From the NCBI GenBank assembly GCA_039800705.1, contig JBDLQG010000001.1:1-44111 (forward strand): a stretch of 44,111 bases of DNA, given 5' to 3'. The DNA comes from Pseudomonadota bacterium (lineage in GTDB: Bacteria > Pseudomonadota > Gammaproteobacteria > Methylococcales > Methylomonadaceae). Position 1 is the first letter of the stretch. Every line of letters starts with the position of its first letter. Position numbers and translations under genes: made by a program. Positions 8,769 through 16,804 of the stretch are shown piece after piece. The notes beneath the pieces were generated by a model that did no database searches, was not told the DNA's origin, and saw only the letters and a list, made by a program, of their open reading frames with translations.

Positions 8769-8990
8769 ATTTTAATGGTAGCTAATCAGATAGGTAGTAA
8801 GATGACAGATTTAACAAACACGTTATTTAATGATAATAACGATAAAAGTATAGAAGAGTATATAGCGTTAATTGATGCTGAATTGCTTTTTGAATTGTCT
8901 GGGGTTTTTTGTTCATTAAGAACTATTAATAATCCTATATTTGATATAGTTGTAGACGAATCGAGCATAAGCCACTCCCATGGTGACTAA
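8763..8990 (+). CDS. small strongly acidic protein (moron gene); more likely start ATG 8802 (62 aa)
   Basis: AT-rich ORF. The 8802 start has TAGGTAG-N4-ATG, as at 30666 and 37279. D+E = 12 versus K+R = 2. Confidence 0.4.
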   Translation: MVILMVANQIGSKMTDLTNTLFNDNNDKSIEEYIALIDAELLFELSGVFCSLRTINNPIFDIVVDESSISHSHGD

Positions 8991-9014
8991 ACGCAAGTGA
9001 ACCGCCGACGGCTA

Positions 9015-9035
9015 GGGGCTGGTTAATCTAGCCCC
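9015..9035 (+). terminator. GC-rich hairpin GGGGCTGG-TTAAT-CTAGCCCC (putative moron terminator)
   Basis: 8-bp stem (one G-U) and 5-nt loop, followed by the only partly U-rich CCTTATTACTT. Confidence 0.4.
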
Positions 9036-9062
9036 GACCTTATTACTTAATAGGTGTCTATA

Positions 9063-9191
9063 ATGAAGAGTTTAGAAACTATGTTTATCTGGATTTTAGC
9101 GGGTTTTGCAATAGGTTTTGCGTTAATATTGTCTTTATTTTGGTATTTAGAGCGAATTTATAAACATAAAGCCAAAGTGAGAATGTTATGA
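9063..9191 (+). CDS. 42-aa single-pass membrane peptide (not in ORF track)
   Basis: MKSLETMFIWILAGFAIGFALILSLFWYLERIYKHKAKVRML. TAGGTGTC-N4-ATG initiation region, and its stop forms ATGA with the J-like gene start at 9188. Confidence 0.55.
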   Translation: MKSLETMFIWILAGFAIGFALILSLFWYLERIYKHKAKVRML

Positions 9192-10612
9192 CTGCTCAAA
9201 CTATCACAATGACGGCTACAGGTGCATTACCTACGCCTCCACAAACATTACGCGATGAGTTAGTGGCTTATGTGGCGGCCGATGTGCCAGATTACACAGC
9301 TAATTTGCCAGGAACGTTGATTGAAGACATAGCAAGCACGGACGTGGGTGCGTTAGTGGTTTGTGATAATGCTTATGTGGAGTTGATTAATTCGATTAGT
9401 CCAGTCAACAGCAATCTATTTATTCTCAACCAACAAGCAGCGGCGGCAGGCATTCCCCCGATGGGTTTTCCAAGTCGTACAGCGGTTTATTGTACGTTTA
9501 GCGGTTTAGCTGGTTACATTGTTTCACAAGGTTTTATCGTGTCCGATGGGACATATCAATACACAACCCAAGAAAGCGCGGTTATCGGTGTAAGCGGATC
9601 ATCATCACCTGTTTACTGTGTTGCGACTCAAGACGGTAGTTGGGCAGTTCCATCGGGTAGCGTAACCGCGCTTGCCACATCCATACCAACAGGCACAACG
9701 CTAACTGTTGTTAATTTGACGGACGGCATACCAGGCGAAAGCTCAGAATCGATAGGTGATTTTAGGGCCCGTGTTTTAAAGTCTTGGAGCGTTGGCGGCC
9801 AAGGGATGACGGCGTATTTAAAAACCTTGCTCACTGGTATTACAGGCGTACAACAGCGGCTAATATCGGTAAGACAACAGTCTACACAGTGGGAAGTTAT
9901 CTGCGGTGGTGGCGATCCTTACGAAGTCGGTATGGCTATCTATCAAGCGTTGTTTTATTTACCAGGGCTAACAGGTAGCGTTATCTCAGTGACGGGCATA
10001 TCGGTAGCAGCCAATGCCGTTGTAACGACTAACTTAAATCACGGACTGACAACAGGACAAACGGGCGTTTTAATTAATGGCGTTGTTGGCACAATGGCGG
10101 CATCAATTAACGGTGTTGCTTTAACAATTGTTGTACTTACTCCTACCACATTTACATGCGGGATTAATACAACTGGATTGGCTTATACAAGCGGTGGCGT
10201 ATTAACACCTAATACACGCAATGTAACCGTAAATTTATACGATTATCCAGATACCTACGCGGTTACGTTTGTTAATCCACCTATGCAAACTGTGCATATC
10301 GGCATTACTTGGAATACATCAAGCCCGTATGTTGTCAGCGCGGCAGCGGTTAATTCCTTGGCTAACATTGCCGTTGTTAATTACATTAACAGTATTCCAG
10401 TAGGGCAGCCGATTAATGAATTGACACTTGAAGATGTATTTAAAGAATCAATTGCAAGCGTTGTACCGTCTGAATTATTAGTTAGATTAGTGTTTACTTA
10501 CTCGATTAATGGCGTGAATGCGTCTGTTGTGGCAGGTGAAAAAATTGTATTAAGTGATCCTGAATCGTATTTTTATACAACACAAAGTAACGTGACCATC
10601 ACGCAAGGTTAA
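9188..10612 (+). CDS. baseplate wedge protein J-like, with inserted HGL..NG..TFT module (aa ~266-341)
   Basis: 474 aa in the position of gpJ/Mu gp47. The insert resembles the one in the sheath. Confidence 0.65.
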   Translation: MTAQTITMTATGALPTPPQTLRDELVAYVAADVPDYTANLPGTLIEDIASTDVGALVVCDNAYVELINSISPVNSNLFILNQQAAAAGIPPMGFPSRTAVYCTFSGLAGYIVSQGFIVSDGTYQYTTQESAVIGVSGSSSPVYCVATQDGSWAVPSGSVTALATSIPTGTTLTVVNLTDGIPGESSESIGDFRARVLKSWSVGGQGMTAYLKTLLTGITGVQQRLISVRQQSTQWEVICGGGDPYEVGMAIYQALFYLPGLTGSVISVTGISVAANAVVTTNLNHGLTTGQTGVLINGVVGTMAASINGVALTIVVLTPTTFTCGINTTGLAYTSGGVLTPNTRNVTVNLYDYPDTYAVTFVNPPMQTVHIGITWNTSSPYVVSAAAVNSLANIAVVNYINSIPVGQPINELTLEDVFKESIASVVPSELLVRLVFTYSINGVNASVVAGEKIVLSDPESYFYTTQSNVTITQG

Positions 10613-10616
10613 GCCG

Positions 10617-11303
10617 ATGCTAAAAACGACTATACCCGCGTATTTATACCTGCAATATCGGGATGATGAGGCTTTACAGTCGTTTGTCGATTCATTTAAT
10701 TTGTTGGCACAAAATTATGTTGATGGATTTAACGCGCTAAACCTGCCCATTTACAACCTACAGACTAATTTAATGCTGGACTGGGTAGGCAATAACCTTT
10801 ACAGCATACCGCGTCCTGTTTTCCCTTTTGGTCATTCCGATATTAGAGACGCGATTAATACATGGGCATTTAATGAAATTGCGTTTAACGAGCGCAAAAT
10901 TATTAATCCGACATACTACGCACCGACTAATGATGATGTGTATAGACGGGTAATAACGTGGTCACATTATCGCGGTGATGGTTATCACTTTAATATTAAA
11001 TGGCTTAAACGGCGTATTATGCGGTTCTTAACAAATACTGATGTAACACAAACTTATCAAATATCGGTAACGTTTGGAGTCGGTAATCAGGTTAATATCA
11101 CGATTTACAACAATAATCGTCACATTATCAAGCCGTCCGCAATTATCAATATGTTTGCTTTTAATGAAGTGGCATTTAATCAATTAAATACTGTTTATGA
11201 ATCACTTACAAAATATGAGCTTGCAGAAACAGTAAAAAAAGCAATTGAGGCGGGTGTGTTACCTTTGCCTTTTCAGTTTACATACGTTATCAACGTGATA
11301 TAA
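10617..11303 (+). CDS. baseplate/tail protein (gpI / Mu gp48-like position)
   Basis: 228 aa, between the J-like and fibre genes. Confidence 0.5.
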   Translation: MLKTTIPAYLYLQYRDDEALQSFVDSFNLLAQNYVDGFNALNLPIYNLQTNLMLDWVGNNLYSIPRPVFPFGHSDIRDAINTWAFNEIAFNERKIINPTYYAPTNDDVYRRVITWSHYRGDGYHFNIKWLKRRIMRFLTNTDVTQTYQISVTFGVGNQVNITIYNNNRHIIKPSAIINMFAFNEVAFNQLNTVYESLTKYELAETVKKAIEAGVLPLPFQFTYVINVI

Positions 11304-11313
11304 GGGCATCATC

Positions 11314-12651
11314 ATGGCACAAACAGTTTTATTATTTGCCAACAATGCGCGGTCTACGCTTAGCGGCTCAATAACAGCCGTTGCAACATCGGCAACATTG
11401 GCAACAGGCACGGGCGTTTTATTCCCCAACCCTAACAACGCGATAGGAGAATATTTCAAACTCACTTTTACAGACCAGGCAACAGGGCTATTAAATGAAA
11501 TAGTGCATGTAACGGCGGTGGTTGGTGATGTTGTAACTATTGTTAGAGCTCAAGAGGGCACAACTGCACTGGCATGGAATGCGGGTGATTTTGCTGTGAA
11601 TATGTGGACGAAGAACAGTGCAAACGCAATGTTACAAGCTCCACAAGTGCAAAACAACACTATTAATTCTGTAACTGCTGGCGGTACATCTGATGCAATC
11701 ACGGCAACCTACGCGCCTGTTTATGCCGCTTGGGTTGACGGTATGACGTTTTTTGCAAAAATCACGGCGGCTAATACGACTACAACACCGACAATTAGTC
11801 CTAACGGTTTGACAGCAAAAACGATTGTAAAAGGTGGCGGCGTTGCATTAATTGCAGGTGATTTGCAAGTAGGAGCAATTGCAGAATTTAAATACAGCTC
11901 AACGCTTGATAAGGTGTTACTGCAAAATCCAGCGACATCGGGTAATGGCGGACAGTTTACGCTGTTACAGTTGATAACGACTAACTTGTACATAAAACCA
12001 AACGCTTCAACGCCTAATACTAAGCTAGATATTACGGCGCAAGAAGCAATGTTGATTTCTGGCAATAACGTAATTAAACCAACATCCATAAGCTGTACGC
12101 TTGACATAACTGTCAATGGTTTAAATGGACTTGATACAGGCACCCGCGCGGCTAATACTTGGTACACAATATATTTTATTAGCAATGGCACAACAACGGG
12201 CGCAATAGCATCGTTATCAACATCATCTCCAACTTTACCAAGCGGTTATACTTTTAGTGGGTTTATTGGGGCATTTAGAACAAATGGCTCTAGTAACATT
12301 ATCCATTTTACACAACGGCAAAATGTTGTTGAGTTTACTGAGACAAACGTATTAACAGCAGGGCAAGCAAGCGTATCAGGTACGTTTCAAGGGCTAAGTA
12401 TTGCAACTGCTGTGCCTGCTCAAGCTAAACGCGCTAAATGTCGTTTATCAAGTTCAATTGCGGGTAACGGCGTGTTAAAAGTGGCAGCAAACGCAAGCGG
12501 TGACGGTGTGGCGGGTGGCAATATTTCAACAGCTAATCTTTACGAAACTGTGCAAGTTCTTATCACCGATCAACAACTACTGTACTGGACACAAAACAGT
12601 AACACGGCGGGGGCTGTGTGTATTATCAACATTTCTGGGTTTGAATTCTGA
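11314..12651 (+). CDS. tail fibre / receptor-binding protein
   Basis: 445 aa, Ser/Thr/Gly/Asn-rich, directly after the baseplate genes. Confidence 0.6.
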   Translation: MAQTVLLFANNARSTLSGSITAVATSATLATGTGVLFPNPNNAIGEYFKLTFTDQATGLLNEIVHVTAVVGDVVTIVRAQEGTTALAWNAGDFAVNMWTKNSANAMLQAPQVQNNTINSVTAGGTSDAITATYAPVYAAWVDGMTFFAKITAANTTTTPTISPNGLTAKTIVKGGGVALIAGDLQVGAIAEFKYSSTLDKVLLQNPATSGNGGQFTLLQLITTNLYIKPNASTPNTKLDITAQEAMLISGNNVIKPTSISCTLDITVNGLNGLDTGTRAANTWYTIYFISNGTTTGAIASLSTSSPTLPSGYTFSGFIGAFRTNGSSNIIHFTQRQNVVEFTETNVLTAGQASVSGTFQGLSIATAVPAQAKRAKCRLSSSIAGNGVLKVAANASGDGVAGGNISTANLYETVQVLITDQQLLYWTQNSNTAGAVCIINISGFEF

Positions 12652-13043
12652 TGAAACGAGTTTATAAAAACGAAAACGGCGTTATCTCTAACGTACGTTA
12701 TGAAGACGACGATTATAAATGCCAAAAAAATGAAAAGGAATTGGCATATTCTGATGATTTGATGGGCGGCATAGTTAATGTTAATAGCAATAATATTGCT
12801 GAACAATACGCGGCCATTAATTTTTTTGTTAGTGACACAATTAAAAACGGTCATGATTACGACAGTTTTGAAGAAACACGCGCGTGGTACGATGATGATG
12901 AATTCAGAATTGAAGCTAAGGCGGTCAATGCTTGGTGTCGTCAATGCTTTAAAATTCAGGCGGATATTAAATCAGGCGTGAAACAATATGACAGCGTTGA
13001 AGCCGTTATTGCTGATTTACCAAAATATGAAATTTTGGCATGA
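12651..13043 (+). CDS. fibre-adjacent protein (possible fibre chaperone)
   Basis: 130 aa with TGATG coupling to the fibre gene. No recognisable Tfa motif. Confidence 0.4.
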   Translation: MKRVYKNENGVISNVRYEDDDYKCQKNEKELAYSDDLMGGIVNVNSNNIAEQYAAINFFVSDTIKNGHDYDSFEETRAWYDDDEFRIEAKAVNAWCRQCFKIQADIKSGVKQYDSVEAVIADLPKYEILA

Positions 13044-13258
13044 AGGTATCCTTGCCCTTGCTGTTTGTTGCGGCGTGTTGCGTGGTATCTTGCCAAAGTC
13101 CTGATGAGATACGCTTAGAACACGAACAGCGGCTAGAAAAACAAACCGTGGAATTTGTTAATAGATTGACTTATGCCCGTGATAGACGCGGTAATTGTTT
13201 AATAATTGATCGTCAAACGTGGCATTTTGCAAGTATAGATTGCAACTCAGCTAAATAA
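13040..13258 (+). CDS. small lipoprotein (lipobox LFVAAC)
   Basis: MKVSLPLLFVAAC... signal peptide plus lipobox Cys. Last gene of the late operon, ATGA-coupled. Confidence 0.6.
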   Translation: MKVSLPLLFVAACCVVSCQSPDEIRLEHEQRLEKQTVEFVNRLTYARDRRGNCLIIDRQTWHFASIDCNSAK

Positions 13259-13283
13259 AAAAAGCCCCATAACGGGGCTTTTA
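13256..13283. terminator. bidirectional rho-independent terminator
   Basis: AAAAAAGCCCC-ATAAC-GGGGCTTTT, with A and T tracts on both sides, between convergent genes. Confidence 0.8.
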
Positions 13284-13285
13284 CA

Positions 13286-13630
13286 TTATGGTAGCCAATA
13301 ATGCTCGTTTTTTTGCTTTGATAACAAATTTTTAACACGCCTCAAATTTTCCAATGATAAATCGGTTATTTCAAGGTATTCTATCGCTTCTGATGGCGTA
13401 AATACTGCGTTTTCTAAATCATTAAAAACTTGGTCATGAGTTAATTCTAAATCACTTAATTTCATAAAATCCCCTGAAATATCATTTATTAATTTAAGTA
13501 TTTTCTTTCCCCTTTTGATGGATAACTTAAGCTTTTCGTTTGGCTTGTCTTCGTTCATGTGCTGTATAAATCTAACAGCATCTTGACCGCTTAATTCAGT
13601 GCGACCGAAATTTGTACTTTTTATTGCCAT
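13286..13630 (-). CDS. hypothetical protein, 114 aa (last gene of the small leftward operon)
   Basis: ATG at 13630 preceded by GGAGC RBS. The track start at 13735 would overlap the upstream small ORF. Confidence 0.55.
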   Translation of the reverse strand: MAIKSTNFGRTELSGQDAVRFIQHMNEDKPNEKLKLSIKRGKKILKLINDISGDFMKLSDLELTHDQVFNDLENAVFTPSEAIEYLEITDLSLENLRRVKNLLSKQKNEHYWLP

Positions 13631-13646
13631 AATTGCTCCATTTAAT

Positions 13647-13823
13647 CTACATTGATTTAACTTGCTCAAACAATTGTTTGCTTTTTGCAAGTTGCACATG
13701 ATACTTATCGGCATCTTTAAGCTTAACGCTATCATGAGCTTTAATAAACCGCCTGCGATAGTTTAAAAATTCCCTGCCTACCCGCGCTACTATGGCGCGG
13801 TCTTTTTTGTTTCCATGTTTCAT
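13647..13823 (-). CDS. 58-aa basic protein (not in ORF track)
   Basis: MKHGNKKDRAIVARVGREFLNYRRRFIKAHDSVKLKDADKYHVQLAKSKQLFEQVKSM. ATGA overlap with the HTH gene stop. Confidence 0.5.
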   Translation of the reverse strand: MKHGNKKDRAIVARVGREFLNYRRRFIKAHDSVKLKDADKYHVQLAKSKQLFEQVKSM

Positions 13824-14035
13824 AAATCCGCCTTTTTAACAATCTTGTAAATCGGGTGGGTACTTGTAAACAATTGAAAAATCTCCCAATAAACCAAAGG
13901 TATAGTCTGATTTACATTGCGTTGTCCATCCCATCTTTGCACTGTTGATTCGCTAACGTCTAACAGTGCGGCAACCTGCTTAGTAGTTAAATTAAGCCGC
14001 GTCCGTGCGGCTTTAAATTCTTGTTGTGTAATCAT
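13820..14035 (-). CDS. XRE/Cro-type helix-turn-helix regulator (Aca-like position)
   Basis: LTTKQVAALLDVSESTVQRWDG is a classic HTH. ATGA-coupled to the upstream acidic ORF. Confidence 0.7.
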   Translation of the reverse strand: MITQQEFKAARTRLNLTTKQVAALLDVSESTVQRWDGQRNVNQTIPLVYWEIFQLFTSTHPIYKIVKKADL

Positions 14036-14253
14036 TGTTTTACACCATACTCACTGTCTATTTTTTCCAAAAGTTCAAAATTTGAACAATCAAAAAAAGT
14101 GACCATTGTTTCATTTTCTTCCATGTCTTCTAAAAACTCAGCAAATAAACCAGCTCGCAAAATATGTATATCCGCGTCTTCTAAACAATCGCCTATGTAT
14201 GTAACGCCGTTTTGTTTATCAGCTTGATAATAACCAGTTAAATATGCACTCAT
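14032..14253 (-). CDS. 73-aa strongly acidic protein (candidate anti-defence, Acr-like position)
   Basis: ATG at 14253 with GGAG RBS. D+E = 16 versus K+R = 4. First gene after a promoter region that carries repeats. Confidence 0.55.
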   Translation of the reverse strand: MSAYLTGYYQADKQNGVTYIGDCLEDADIHILRAGLFAEFLEDMEENETMVTFFDCSNFELLEKIDSEYGVKQ

Positions 14254-14304
14254 GACACTCTCCAATAATTCAGCTAGACCGCCTAGCTGTTAGGTAGATA
14301 TGAT

Positions 14305-14346
14305 ATAGCAATTTACTATAAAGTCAAATTTATTTATAGCAATTTA
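14305..14346. repeat. two direct 11-mers ATAGCAATTTA spaced 31 bp (operator-like) in divergent promoter region
   Basis: Copies at 14305-14315 and 14336-14346, between the leftward operon and the rightward 14427 gene. Confidence 0.5.
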
Positions 14347-14426
14347 ATGTGACAAATTGTCGCACCATGCTTATTTTTGCGTAAGTTATTGATTGCTGTA
14401 TAATTATGTTTTTTGGAGTCTTAGCA

Positions 14427-14660
14427 ATGTGTCGCACACCTGTCGCAATAATCGAAAACGGTACACTTTGGAAGCGCAAACACGGCGATTTTACGCATTT
14501 GGTTTATGAAGTCACTAGCATATCTGAGTATCAAGTAAGTTATCGTGTTAAAGATGATGTGGCGCGTGATATAAGCGTCACACTGTACAAAGAACAGTTT
14601 TTAAAGATATTCCGCGAGCTAACACCCGATGAAATTCTGGAAAACTGCCCGATTGTTTGA
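14427..14660 (+). CDS. hypothetical protein, 77 aa
   Basis: ATG at 14427 with GGAG at 14414-14417, downstream of a TATAAT at about 14394. Confidence 0.55.
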   Translation: MCRTPVAIIENGTLWKRKHGDFTHLVYEVTSISEYQVSYRVKDDVARDISVTLYKEQFLKIFRELTPDEILENCPIV

Positions 14661-14719
14661 TACACTATAAAGTCAGTTTTGGATTGTGTATCCGCAATCG
14701 CTGAAAAGTCTGACATTTA

Positions 14720-14757
14720 AAACCCGCCTGTCGTGAGATACGCGGGTTTTATTTTGT
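14720..14757. terminator. rho-independent terminator (usable in both directions)
   Basis: AAAACCCGC-(13 nt)-GCGGGTTTTATTTTGTTT. Confidence 0.7.
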
Positions 14758-14789
14758 TTACCATTTTCCTGATGTCAGGAGAATGGTAA
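14758..14789. repeat. 15-bp-arm near-perfect palindrome TTACCATTTTCCTGA-TG-TCAGGAGAATGGTAA
   Basis: Read directly, with one G-T position. Sits where leftward and rightward transcription converge. Confidence 0.6.
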
Positions 14790-14848
14790 CAGATAATTAA
14801 AACGCTGATTAAAGATAATCTAAAATCAATCACAGCGTAAGCGATTGT

Positions 14849-15175
14849 TTATAAATCAATTTTATAACCTAATTTTGACTTAACATAACAACGCATTGCT
14901 GCAATTAGTGGCGTTTCCCCTGTTGAAACATGAAAACAAAAAATATCGGCATTCCATTCATCTTGACTAATAAACTTATTTAAACTTATTTTCTCGCGTT
15001 CAATAATCTCATAAGCCTGCGCTTGATCCGTGCAAGGCGTATAATCTTTTAATTGTAAAATTACTTGATTATCATTATCTAGCCAAAACATTTCAGAATT
15101 AATCAAACCATTCGCAAACGCAACAGCTTGATTAAGTTCGTCAATCGTTAAATCATCAACTTTTTTGATTGTCAT
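14849..15175 (-). CDS. hypothetical protein, DUF2591-like by eye
   Basis: 108 aa. The pattern LTIDELNQAVAFA...TPLIAAMRCYVKSKLG resembles that family. Confidence 0.55.
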   Translation of the reverse strand: MTIKKVDDLTIDELNQAVAFANGLINSEMFWLDNDNQVILQLKDYTPCTDQAQAYEIIEREKISLNKFISQDEWNADIFCFHVSTGETPLIAAMRCYVKSKLGYKIDL

Positions 15176-15359
15176 CTTTTACCTCAACAAACCATATAAA
15201 CCTACCGTTAAACCCGATTAATGTCGATTTAGGGCTAGTGCACGCAGGCATTAAACAATCGTCAGTGTTATAAAAATAACACCCTGCGCATGAAGTTTGA
15301 TTTACATTGTCTGGTATTGGCTCAACACGCAACACAACATTATCGGGTAATTTGCTCAT
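15156..15359 (-). CDS. small Cys-rich protein
   Basis: 67 aa, operon context. Confidence 0.5.
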   Translation of the reverse strand: MSKLPDNVVLRVEPIPDNVNQTSCAGCYFYNTDDCLMPACTSPKSTLIGFNGRFIWFVEVKDDNQKS

Positions 15360-16051
15360 TTTGCACTCGCTAAAATTTCTGCAAAGGCATCGGCTACGGC
15401 TTTGCAGTCTTCACGATTTGTAAAACAATGATTTGTTTTTAAATAAAAAAATTGAACGGGGTCGTTTCCCCATTCTTCACTAATCACCGCGTCTACCTCA
15501 AAAAAGTAAAATGTTGTACCAACCGCAGGCGCAACATTCAACGGCGCGTTATATTCTTTGCCGTTTATTGTGATTGTGCGGGGTTTTAATCTAAACTCGT
15601 CTGTTTCATGCCACAACGGCTTTTCATCTTTTAAATCTTTCCAGCGTGCTTCGGCAATTTGTCCGTCATTGTATCTGCATTGCCAACGCAACTTATCATC
15701 ATCACTGCACTGATAATATTCAATCATGCTGTCAGCGTGTGGGTGGCGGCGGTAATATACATCAACATAAAATTTTGGAGGCAAAGTAAGATTTACAAAA
15801 TTTCCGTTAAACCTTTCTCCTTGCCACAACTGGTAAGCATCAAGCCCGTCAATTGTTGCGCATGTTTCAAGGTCGCGCACATACTGTGATTTCAGCTCAG
15901 CGTGTCGGTTTAGTTGTTGTGGATCTGGTTTATCAATCGGTTTAATGTCATAACGGACTAACAGCGTTTCGTTATCGCACATAGTGGAGCGAGGAATATC
16001 ACCGACTAATTTATAGCCATGCGGTACATAAAATTCGATTTCTTTTTTCAT
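15356..16051 (-). CDS. hypothetical protein, 231 aa
   Basis: Long ORF with ATG start, coupled to the downstream gene. Confidence 0.7.
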   Translation of the reverse strand: MKKEIEFYVPHGYKLVGDIPRSTMCDNETLLVRYDIKPIDKPDPQQLNRHAELKSQYVRDLETCATIDGLDAYQLWQGERFNGNFVNLTLPPKFYVDVYYRRHPHADSMIEYYQCSDDDKLRWQCRYNDGQIAEARWKDLKDEKPLWHETDEFRLKPRTITINGKEYNAPLNVAPAVGTTFYFFEVDAVISEEWGNDPVQFFYLKTNHCFTNREDCKAVADAFAEILASAK

Positions 16052-16079
16052 TGTTTTATCCTATTGGGTATTTTGCGCA

Positions 16080-16265
16080 TTACTTTAAAAGTTCAAGCAA
16101 CTCATCAAGCGGTTTTAATTTTGCGTCACATACATTCATGACTAACTGTTGATTTGATGTTGCTGGTTGCCAATTATCGGCATCGTAAGATACTAAAAAA
16201 CATTTATAAGCATCATCTCCAAACTCTTCAACGGCTTGTTGCCATTGCTTTTTTATATCACTCAT
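16080..16265 (-). CDS. small acidic protein
   Basis: 61 aa, overlaps the upstream stop. Confidence 0.55.
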   Translation of the reverse strand: MSDIKKQWQQAVEEFGDDAYKCFLVSYDADNWQPATSNQQLVMNVCDAKLKPLDELLELLK

Positions 16266-16453
16266 AACCCGTAATCCTTTGGGTTTGGTTGTTCAACGTA
16301 TTCATCGCCATAATCAACCCATTCTGTTGTTTCTAAGTTTAGTTTTTTGCCTAAACCCCACATTGCGACATCAAAACAATAAGCGTCAAAATCATTATTA
16401 AGCGGGTTATTATCTGCCAATACTTGTAAGGCTTTTTTTGCTTTATCAGTCAT
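16262..16453 (-). CDS. small acidic protein (ATG start 16453)
   Basis: The track start at 16456 is GTG; an ATG follows at 16453. Confidence 0.55.
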   Translation of the reverse strand: MTDKAKKALQVLADNNPLNNDFDAYCFDVAMWGLGKKLNLETTEWVDYGDEYVEQPNPKDYGL

Positions 16454-16599
16454 CACTTACCCCACAACGGCAATTTAGCCGTCTTTGCTTTTTCGATAAC
16501 AATGCCCTGATCCCTGCGTGGCGTTGCTGTGTTTGTTGGTAATAACCGCCGTTTGTGACGGCGGTCGTTTGCTAGTTGTTCAGGTGTTTTATACGTCAT
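16453..16599 (-). CDS. possible 48-aa basic ORF (not in track)
   Basis: MTYKTPEQLANDRRHKRRLLPT...; its stop overlaps the next ATG. No clear RBS, and it contains the GC hairpin CCGCCGT-N5-ACGGCGG (16546-16564), so the stretch may be non-coding. Confidence 0.3.
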   Translation of the reverse strand: MTYKTPEQLANDRRHKRRLLPTNTATPRRDQGIVIEKAKTAKLPLWGK

Positions 16600-16804
16600 G
16601 GTCAATTTTTGGCACTGGCAGCCAATGTGTAGCGTGTTCTGGGTAAGCGTCTGTAGTATTGTAAGCAGCCCAAAATCCGCCTAATTTTGTTTTCACATAA
16701 AAACACTCTATCCAACGCCTATCTTTTTCGACATAATTACCCGCATTCATTAAACAATCTTTGTCTTTTGGCGGTGGGTTTTCGCTGATTAATATCGGTT
16801 TCAT
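16589..16804 (-). CDS. DUF551-like small protein
   Basis: C-terminal ...ATHWLPVPKI motif. ATGA coupling at 16804. Confidence 0.5.
   Translation of the reverse strand: MKPILISENPPPKDKDCLMNAGNYVEKDRRWIECFYVKTKLGGFWAAYNTTDAYPEHATHWLPVPKIDHDV

Noticed and set aside
13101-13108. CUGAUGAG hammerhead-like core
   Set aside because: No flanking helices I/II/III and no correctly spaced GAAA could be drawn. It lies inside the lipoprotein coding sequence.
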